Source: an uncultured virus (IMG/VR IMGVR_UViG_3300025687_000041) (Duplodnaviria > Heunggongvirae > Uroviricota > Caudoviricetes). Taken from it: a stretch of DNA of 20,000 bases. Of the stretch, positions 8,168-14,289 are shown piece after piece. Made by a program: the position numbers and the translations under genes. Numbering within the stretch: the stretch's first letter is position 1; the number at the start of each line of letters is the position of its first letter. The stretch lies in IMG/VR virus record IMGVR_UViG_3300025687_000041; one strand, written 5' to 3'. The notes under the pieces were generated by a model. That model was not told where the DNA came from. It saw only the letters and a list, made by a program, of their open reading frames with translations, and did not search any database.

Positions 8168-8602
8168 TTAAATCATCCTTCCTCGGGTTTTGCCTCGCTT
8201 GGCAATCCCGTCTGCTCGACTGGACGCTGATTTAACAACACCGCCCTTCTTCTTTGGGGTCGGCCTTCTTAAGTCAGACCCGGTAGCGAAAGGGCTTTTG
8301 CCTTCTGACCGTCGCTTCTCGGCCCAGTCTTTTGCCTTTTTTTCTATTGAATCCAGAACCTCTTCGTCGTCTCTGAGTTTCGTAAGGCTGTCCAACTCTC
8401 TCTTATCTAGCGTCGGAACAACCAAGGGGTAATCATATTCTCCATCTTCAGAGGTTCTAGAGTACTCTGTCATCATGCCTTGTCTTGACGGCAATTCCCC
8501 AAAATACCCCTTACCTTTCGCTTCTACGCCGGAATGACGCAGCCCGTATGGGGTAATCGTCCCATACTTAGCTGCGCTATTTTTAAATCCAGCAGGCATC
8601 AC
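8168..8602 (-). CDS. Hypothetical protein with a globular N-terminal domain and a C-terminal ADGIAKRGKTRG tag
   Basis: YGLRHSG..KGKGYFGEL...TEYS...PLVVPTL...KSPF, followed by KKKGGVVKSASSRADGIAKRGKTRGRMI. Start is GTG 8602 or ATG 8599. Confidence 0.75.
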   Translation of the reverse strand: MMPAGFKNSAAKYGTITPYGLRHSGVEAKGKGYFGELPSRQGMMTEYSRTSEDGEYDYPLVVPTLDKRELDSLTKLRDDEEVLDSIEKKAKDWAEKRRSEGKSPFATGSDLRRPTPKKKGGVVKSASSRADGIAKRGKTRGRMI

Positions 8603-8851
8603 TCACCTTTTGGCGGTTTTAGCCGATTGAACAAAAGCTTTAGCCGTTGGAGCGCCTTTTGACCCCGGCTTACGCATTTGTTCGCCAGACCCCGCAGCGA
8701 TTCTTTTACGCTTGCGATTGATATTTTCATACAGACCCACCTTCCCGCCAGCGGCGTATTGCGTGAAGTCGGTGTCATCTCGACGGGCCTTTTTGACCCC
8801 TTTGGGCATTTTTGACGGCGCTATTGCCCCCATGCCGCGAGATGCCCTCAT
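8603..8851 (-). CDS. Small basic protein
   Basis: MRASRGMGAI...YAAGG...GLYENINRKRKRIAAGSGEQMRKPGSKGAPT. ATGA overlap with the upstream gene. Confidence 0.75.
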   Translation of the reverse strand: MRASRGMGAIAPSKMPKGVKKARRDDTDFTQYAAGGKVGLYENINRKRKRIAAGSGEQMRKPGSKGAPTAKAFVQSAKTAKR

Positions 8852-9111
8852 ACCATCTTACCCCGCGTTTTCCCACGTTTGGCAATGCCATCACCTCGCT
8901 TAGATGCCGAGGATGCTTTAACTTTGCCGCCCTTTTTCATTGGCATACCACCAGCCATCTTGCGTTTCTTTTCTTCTTCATCGTCATACATATTTCGCGC
9001 GATTGCCGCTGGAATCATGCCACCAAAACCTTGACGCATAAGATCGCCAAGAGCACCTTCACCGGTCATCATACCGGCAAGAGGTGAAACATCCCCAAGT
9101 TTCAGCCCCAT
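8848..9111 (-). CDS. Small protein with a C-terminal GDGIAKRGKTRG tag
   Basis: Ends MKKGGKVKASSASKRGDGIAKRGKTRGKMV. Confidence 0.75.
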   Translation of the reverse strand: MGLKLGDVSPLAGMMTGEGALGDLMRQGFGGMIPAAIARNMYDDEEEKKRKMAGGMPMKKGGKVKASSASKRGDGIAKRGKTRGKMV

Positions 9112-9113
9112 TT

Positions 9114-9344
9114 TTACACCATCTTTCCCCGCGTCTTACCGCGAATAGCGCAGCCGTCAGCGGCACGGACGTAGCCGCCTTTTCTCATCCCACCTAGCTT
9201 GGGGGGTTTGCTTGCCGCTTGTTGCTGCTTTTTTGCCATTCGATCCTCGTTGGCTTCATTGAGCATCCGCATCTCTGCGGGGGTCAATTCCTGAAGCTTT
9301 GGATCGGCAGTCGTATCGGCTGCGGTAACTTTCTTGGTAGCCAT
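9114..9344 (-). CDS. Small protein with a C-terminal ADGCAIRGKTRG tag
   Basis: Ends MRKGGYVRAADGCAIRGKTRGKMV. Confidence 0.75.
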   Translation of the reverse strand: MATKKVTAADTTADPKLQELTPAEMRMLNEANEDRMAKKQQQAASKPPKLGGMRKGGYVRAADGCAIRGKTRGKMV

Positions 9345-9345
9345 C

Positions 9346-9774
9346 TCAGCACTTCCCGCCGTGACGCATGGCGATCATGGTGCCTTTGGTTTTGCCTTTC
9401 TTGGCAATTCCGTCAGCCGCTTTGTGACCAGCAGCAAGGCCACCGCCCTTCAGTCCGGCGTGAGCTTTGCTCGCGGGCATCGCTGCATGAGCCTTTAGGG
9501 ACGTAGCAATACCGCCCTTCTTCATGCCTTTGGCTTCCGCCATCTCATGCTTAATCATGGATTTCGGAGCGCCCTTCTTCTTCATAAAGCCGATTTCTTT
9601 CTGCATCATTGCTTTAGATTCTTTCATCTCGCCACCTTCTGCAAATTTGCGGCCCTTATCGGCCTTGATGAACTCTTGCCCCACGGAGCGGGATACACCC
9701 GCTTTTTTGGCGAACGCAGGGTTATTTGCCACTGCCGCCATGAAGTTATGCTGCTTTTTGCTGGTACTTGGCAT
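9346..9774 (-). CDS. Basic protein with multiple xxGG motifs and an ADGIAKKGKTKG tag
   Basis: MPSTSKKQHNFMAAVANNPAFAKK...FAEGG...MKKGG...LKGGG...AADGIAKKGKTKGTMIAMRHGGKC. Confidence 0.78.
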   Translation of the reverse strand: MPSTSKKQHNFMAAVANNPAFAKKAGVSRSVGQEFIKADKGRKFAEGGEMKESKAMMQKEIGFMKKKGAPKSMIKHEMAEAKGMKKGGIATSLKAHAAMPASKAHAGLKGGGLAAGHKAADGIAKKGKTKGTMIAMRHGGKC

Positions 9775-9775
9775 T

Positions 9776-10030
9776 TCAGCAGTTCCACGCCCTGAGACTT
9801 TTATTGATCCGGCTATTTGGATCGTTTGCAGTCTTGGTCGAAGTTAACTTCTTCTTCATCCCCTTCATCCGCGCACAAAAGGAGTCTCGGCGCGACCCTC
9901 CTTCTGGCTGCGGCGGCTTTAAGCCCGGTTTGCCGGGGTTGGCTCGGTTGTAAGAGGCGCGGCCCTTGGCGTTCAAGCCGCCACTTTCCGCTTTCCCTTC
10001 CTTCCTCTGCCATGCCGGGGACTTAGCCAT
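9776..10030 (-). CDS. Small basic phage protein, DUF6321-like by recollection
   Basis: Probable start MAKSPAWQRKEGK at 10030. Contains GGLNAKGRASYN...RRDSFCARMKG...SRINKSLRAWNC. Confidence 0.72.
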   Translation of the reverse strand: MAKSPAWQRKEGKAESGGLNAKGRASYNRANPGKPGLKPPQPEGGSRRDSFCARMKGMKKKLTSTKTANDPNSRINKSLRAWNC

Positions 10031-10307
10031 AAAACACCGTCGCGTAAACACCGGATGTTGTGGTGGCGTAAATGCCAGATTCACAACGAATTCCCTCACC
10101 CGGAACTACAATGTTGATTGCTCCTGCATCAACAGCCCCGTTAAAGGTAAACATTGTTGTTCCACCTGCGCCGTTTTTTAACGTCAGCGTGGCAGGTCCA
10201 GCGGGATACGTAACAACAATACCCTTGATACGCGCCGGTCCTGCAAACACCGCACCATCCGTTACGCTCGCAGAAATGGTCGTCGCCTTAACGTCGGTTT
10301 GCATCAT
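10023..10307 (-). CDS. Small beta-rich virion protein, putative
   Basis: MMQTDVKA...GPARIKGI...PGEGIRC..GIY...VFYG; SD GGAG. Confidence 0.7.
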   Translation of the reverse strand: MMQTDVKATTISASVTDGAVFAGPARIKGIVVTYPAGPATLTLKNGAGGTTMFTFNGAVDAGAINIVVPGEGIRCESGIYATTTSGVYATVFYG

Positions 10308-10322
10308 GGTAGATGCTCCCTA

Positions 10323-10592
10323 TTAGGCCGGAGTAATCGTCGTAGAACCGTCGCTTGCATCAATCCAAGTGCTACCAGCCGTAGCGCCTTGCGCCACATA
10401 AAACGTCTTGGTAGTGGTGTTATACAGCGTGGTGCCAAGAGCCTTACCAGACGTATTTACCGCGTCGGCAATATCGCCAAGAAGCGCGGAAGTCGATGTG
10501 GTAGAGGTAACAGTACCGGTGATATTGCCAGTAACAGCGCCAGAAAAGCCGTTTTGCGAAACAACCGGGCCGGAAAACGTCGTCGTAGACAT
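10323..10592 (-). CDS. Small T/S/G-rich virion protein, possibly a head fibre or decoration protein
   Basis: MSTTTFSGPVVSQNGF...; SD GAGG. First gene after the post-capsid promoter and RNA. Confidence 0.7.
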   Translation of the reverse strand: MSTTTFSGPVVSQNGFSGAVTGNITGTVTSTTSTSALLGDIADAVNTSGKALGTTLYNTTTKTFYVAQGATAGSTWIDASDGSTTITPA

Positions 10593-10597
10593 AGATT

Positions 10598-10675
10598 CCT
10601 CACATGCGAGTTGCGGGGGTGTTCTGTCTGCATGTCGTCAGCCGGGACTGTCAGAACACCGGATAACCCCGGAAT
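10598..10675 (-). ncRNA. Structured RNA, candidate Mu-gpT-DE (Mu-like gpT downstream element) motif
   Basis: Three interleaved complementary pairs on the minus strand: CCGGG (10672-68) with CCCGG (10646-42); GGUGUUCUG (10660-52) with CAGAACACC (10626-18); ACAUGC (10635-30) with GCAUGU (10607-02). Located directly downstream of a gpT-like capsid gene. Confidence 0.6.
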
Positions 10676-10681
10676 AATGAT

Positions 10682-10710
10682 GTTGTATCACTCAATAATG
10701 CAGATGTCAA
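10682..10710 (-). promoter_or_regulatory. Sigma70-like promoter after the capsid terminator
   Basis: TTGACA (10710-10705), 17 nt spacer, TACAAC (10687-10682), with TGn extension immediately before the -10. Confidence 0.65.
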
Positions 10711-10740
10711 TAAAAAACAAAGGGGGCCGAAGCCCCCTCT
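10711..10740 (-). terminator. Rho-independent terminator after the major capsid gene
   Basis: AGAGGGGGC-TTCG-GCCCCCTTT followed by GTTTTTT (UUCG tetraloop). Confidence 0.85.
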
Positions 10741-10762
10741 GCAAACCCTTAACTACTGGGTT

Positions 10763-11668
10763 TTAGCCTTCCGAACCATACATCCCGAGCGGGTCCGACC
10801 AGCCGAAGCTGTAACGCTCGCGGGACTTATAGCGAACGTTGCCAGTATCGAAGTCACCGTCCATGGAATTCTGGAGCGGGACACGAACAAAATGCTTCAT
10901 GCCGTTAGGAACGTCGGTCGTCAGGAACCACGCATTAGTGTCGGTCAAGAAGTGGTTAACGGTGTATCCCTCGGGGATCGAGCCGTTGTTCTTGAGCGCA
11001 TTAATGTCGTTGTCCGCCGTCGAAACACGCAGTTCGGTTTCGAGCAGACGGGTTGCAACGAACTGGAGTGCCGGGGGCACAACCAGTTTGCGCGGCTTGG
11101 CGGCGATCAGCAGGCCACGTTCGTCGGTCCACGCGGCGATCTGGATGACGGCATTCTCAAGAGAAGTCTCATTCAGGTCGGTCGGGGTTGACGGGATGTT
11201 GCTGTTGGTACCACCAGACACCAGCGGGTGCGCGTTGGAGAACAGAGCCTGACCGTCGCCACCTGCGTAGCTACCAGAAAAGCCGTTGTTCAGAACCGCC
11301 GCAGCTTTCACCTGTTTGGTGTATGCCATGGCACGAGCCAGCGCCTTGGTATAACGAGCCGAGAGGCTGTCATACAGGTTGTCCTCGATGGCCTCTTCGG
11401 TCAGCGAGAAACCCAGAGCGATGGTTTCGTGGTTATAGCGAGCAGTCCAAGCTTCCTGCGCATTGTCATAAGCAATTGCAGAGCCTTCGTTCTTCACCGG
11501 AGCGGCGGAGAAGCCAGACAGCTTGGTTTCCTCTTCAAACGAACGCTCGGAGGTCTCGGTTTCGTAGATCTCCTTGTGTTCTTCGCCATAGCGTGCGTAC
11601 TCCAGACCAAACAGGGCGTTAAGACCCGGCAGGAGTTCTTTGAGTAGTTGTGCGCGTGAAATAGCCAT
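10763..11668 (-). CDS. Major capsid protein, Mu gpT-like (HK97 fold)
   Basis: MAISRAQLLKELLPGLNALFGLEY..., GGDGQALFS.AHPL, LVVPPAL, NHFLTDTNAWFL, GDFDTGNVRYK.RERYSFG. Followed by a strong terminator. Confidence 0.88.
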   Translation of the reverse strand: MAISRAQLLKELLPGLNALFGLEYARYGEEHKEIYETETSERSFEEETKLSGFSAAPVKNEGSAIAYDNAQEAWTARYNHETIALGFSLTEEAIEDNLYDSLSARYTKALARAMAYTKQVKAAAVLNNGFSGSYAGGDGQALFSNAHPLVSGGTNSNIPSTPTDLNETSLENAVIQIAAWTDERGLLIAAKPRKLVVPPALQFVATRLLETELRVSTADNDINALKNNGSIPEGYTVNHFLTDTNAWFLTTDVPNGMKHFVRVPLQNSMDGDFDTGNVRYKSRERYSFGWSDPLGMYGSEG

Positions 11669-11678
11669 TTTTTACTCC

Positions 11679-12257
11679 TTACACGCCAGTGGTGTTGTTA
11701 TACGTATGCGTGTTGATCTTGACGATCATTTCAACATACGCATCCGAACCGGTGGCGGTCTCAGGCACAACATCAACAATACGAATCGGCAACGTGTTAG
11801 TCGTAGCCGTAGTATCGTCAATAGCTTGCTTAGAATCACCAGTATTGGCATTGCCAGCATTCAGAACCACCGAGGTGTTCTGACCAACTGCCGTGCGGCC
11901 CAGAGTAGCAATTGTGGTGCCCGAGGACACAACAGCCACTTGGAACAGAGCAGTGGGGTCATCCACCACGTAGGCCACCACGTTCGTGACGCCAGACGAC
12001 GGAGCGTACTGAGCCTGAACGGTTTGACCCGACGAGTTGGTGTACTGAACGCCAACGCAAACACCAAGGGCTTGCGGGGCAGCGGTACCGTCAGCGACAA
12101 CTTTGCATTTGCCAGAAGACAGCAGTTCAACTAGATCACCATCGTACACAGCACCGGAATCAACCGGCACCAGACGAGTTGACCCTGCATACGGGTTGCC
12201 ACCAATACGATTGATGGGTTTGAATCCGTATGGGGCCGAAACAGTGGGGTAAGCCAT
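11679..12257 (-). CDS. Putative capsid cement/decoration protein
   Basis: 192 aa beta-rich ORF (APYGFKP, GDLV, YVVDDP..LF, LPIRIVD) immediately before the capsid gene; SD GGAG. Confidence 0.6.
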   Translation of the reverse strand: MAYPTVSAPYGFKPINRIGGNPYAGSTRLVPVDSGAVYDGDLVELLSSGKCKVVADGTAAPQALGVCVGVQYTNSSGQTVQAQYAPSSGVTNVVAYVVDDPTALFQVAVVSSGTTIATLGRTAVGQNTSVVLNAGNANTGDSKQAIDDTTATTNTLPIRIVDVVPETATGSDAYVEMIVKINTHTYNNTTGV

Positions 12258-12274
12258 GTTTTAACTCCAAATAT

Positions 12275-12724
12275 TTAAGATCCAGATCCAAAGCTATGCG
12301 TGGATTTACGCTCTTTAAACAGCGGCATCCTCGGGTCGCTCTGGCGCATTAAATTGTTGTCCACAGCTTCCGTCTGAGCTTGGGTCTGGTTCCGGTAATA
12401 TTCAGAACGCTGACCGACAAACTCTTCCGGAGTCTTGCAAAGCAACAACCCGCCAATCTCAATGTTGTCTTTATAACGACTACTGGGATCAACTAGCAGT
12501 TTAAATTTAGGCTGCTCCTCAATACGAACCGGCTCCCAACCCTCACGGATTTTGCTCGAAAGGTTACGTGGGTCCAGTTGATTGAGCATCGACACGCGAA
12601 TCCAACGATAAGCAAACCCAGCCTGCTTGTCCGGCTCAGGGAGTAACTCGGCGGGTGCCCACTGCTTAGGACGCTCGCTCGTTGCTCGGGTTTCTAGTTC
12701 ACGTTGCAATCTGTTCTCAGCCAT
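12275..12724 (-). CDS. Conserved head-module protein of unknown function
   Basis: Probable start MAENRL at 12724, SD GGAGG. Contains GFAYRWIR...N....REGWEPV...IGGLLLCK. Confidence 0.72.
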   Translation of the reverse strand: MAENRLQRELETRATSERPKQWAPAELLPEPDKQAGFAYRWIRVSMLNQLDPRNLSSKIREGWEPVRIEEQPKFKLLVDPSSRYKDNIEIGGLLLCKTPEEFVGQRSEYYRNQTQAQTEAVDNNLMRQSDPRMPLFKERKSTHSFGSGS

Positions 12725-13679
12725 TTTGGGCCTCCAATTTCTTAAGTTCAATAGCGTACTGTTCAGGGGTTAATCCCAACTTCTTTGCTAACGCAATCTG
12801 GCTGGTTCTCAGTCTAATCTTATTAGACGCCGTACTGCGTATCGCTGGGGCTACCACTGTTCCCGCTCTTGTCCGGGGAGCTTCAGTTTTCGCCGTTGAC
12901 TCCGGCTCCTCGGTATGAAAATACTCGGGGAACCGTTTGCGAATTGTTTTGTCCAAAATCGCATAATACTCGTCGGATCCAATTGCAACCTCCCCGCCTT
13001 TCCTAAGCTTCTCATGGACGCCTAGAGCGGCTGCGGTCATCTCATCGTCAGGGCCGTACCACGGATTGCGCTCTTGCCACGCAAGTAGCCGGGAATCGTG
13101 CTGCTGAGGCTTCGGTTGCTCATAGACCGGATTTGGTTGTTGTACAGGATAATCTTCTTCCTGTAAAGGGGGCATTTTAAAATTTTGTGCCTGCATTAGC
13201 CTGAAATTAGCTACCTGCATGGCTTGCTGGGCTTCTACCAACTTATCAGAATCCCCATTATCGTAGGCATCTTTATAAGCGCGTTTGGCCTGTTCCATCT
13301 CTAACGCGGCAGCGTTTTGCAAAACCGCAGCGTATTCCTTGCCACCAGTATCCAATACGGACTTAATACGCTTGTTCTCTTCCAAGAGCTTTTGGGCAAT
13401 CCGAATCGCCTCTTGCTGCTCCCGAAACGCCTCTTCCTTGGCTCGACGCTCATCGTGCCAAACTTTGCGCATCTGTTTTAGACGGGCCTTTACCTCGCCG
13501 TCATACTTCTCAAGATCGTCCTTCTCCAACTCCTCGACCAGAGGCTTGGGCATCGGGTCACGGCCACGGTCTTCTGGCGGCGTATCGTCCTCAATTTCAA
13601 TTGAAATTTCGTTGGATGTATCTTCTACAGCTTCAGATTCATCCGGAAATTTAAACTCCTGCTGTTCCATTTCAGGCAT
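12717..13679 (-). CDS. Putative capsid scaffolding protein
   Basis: Acidic N-terminus, long coiled-coil, W..RNPWYG, and a C-terminal helix IALAKKLGLTPEQYA. Lies between portal and capsid genes. Confidence 0.65.
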   Translation of the reverse strand: MPEMEQQEFKFPDESEAVEDTSNEISIEIEDDTPPEDRGRDPMPKPLVEELEKDDLEKYDGEVKARLKQMRKVWHDERRAKEEAFREQQEAIRIAQKLLEENKRIKSVLDTGGKEYAAVLQNAAALEMEQAKRAYKDAYDNGDSDKLVEAQQAMQVANFRLMQAQNFKMPPLQEEDYPVQQPNPVYEQPKPQQHDSRLLAWQERNPWYGPDDEMTAAALGVHEKLRKGGEVAIGSDEYYAILDKTIRKRFPEYFHTEEPESTAKTEAPRTRAGTVVAPAIRSTASNKIRLRTSQIALAKKLGLTPEQYAIELKKLEAQNG

Positions 13680-13691
13680 CTTGTCCTCCTG

Positions 13692-14108
13692 TTATTTACG
13701 TTTAATTCCACGCGGGTCGTCAACAACACCCTCCACGGAGTCATCATTAATAAGGCGAAACTCTCGACCATGAATCAGCAGTCGGGTACCTGCATTTGGA
13801 CGAACCAGAACAAAATCTCCCTGCTTACACCAAGGGCCAGACGGAAACCGGCTTACGTCCTTGTAACAGTCAGGGCCAAGATCAACGACAAACAGCACGG
13901 TAGTAAGCAACTCATCAAATTGGACGGTTGTATCCGCCTTTAGGATGCCGTTGTCGTACTCCTTTTCCACCTCCGGAATGGCGCACAAGATTCTGTAGCC
14001 AGACGGTCGTGGAAGCTGCTTCGCTTTTTCGGCGCTTGTAGCCTCAAGATTAAATGTGCCTATCACTTGGGGCTTATCGGGGTTTGAGCCGATAAGGATT
14101 TCAGTCAT
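13692..14108 (-). CDS. groES: GroES/Cpn10-like co-chaperonin
   Basis: LPRPSGYRIL (PxxxRIL), mobile-loop-like EKEYDNGILK, VVDLGPD, CKQGDFVL, GTRL..HGREFRLINDDSVEGVV. Confidence 0.8.
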   Translation of the reverse strand: MTEILIGSNPDKPQVIGTFNLEATSAEKAKQLPRPSGYRILCAIPEVEKEYDNGILKADTTVQFDELLTTVLFVVDLGPDCYKDVSRFPSGPWCKQGDFVLVRPNAGTRLLIHGREFRLINDDSVEGVVDDPRGIKRK

Positions 14109-14289
14109 CGGATTCCTCCAAAGTTTGTTTCAGGTCTAGTACATTGCCTCTTGCGGTTAGCAGACCCCGAATCTCACCGCAAATTTTTTTGTATTCCTCA
14201 AAGTTCTCGACGCGCCCCTCGGCCAAATACTCCTTGAGGCTCTCAACTTTCTCGTCAAGCTGTTTTATCAAGACTTCTAACGCGGTCAT
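14101..14289 (-). CDS. Small helical conserved phage protein
   Basis: 62 aa (L.EG...FEEYKKICGEIRGL). Overlaps both neighbours in a translationally coupled fashion. Confidence 0.7.
   Translation of the reverse strand: MTALEVLIKQLDEKVESLKEYLAEGRVENFEEYKKICGEIRGLLTARGNVLDLKQTLEESDD

Noticed and set aside
10625..10650. CUGACGA in the post-capsid RNA as a hammerhead ribozyme core
   Set aside because: No GAAA and correctly arranged stems II and III follow it. The pairings fit a pseudoknot better.
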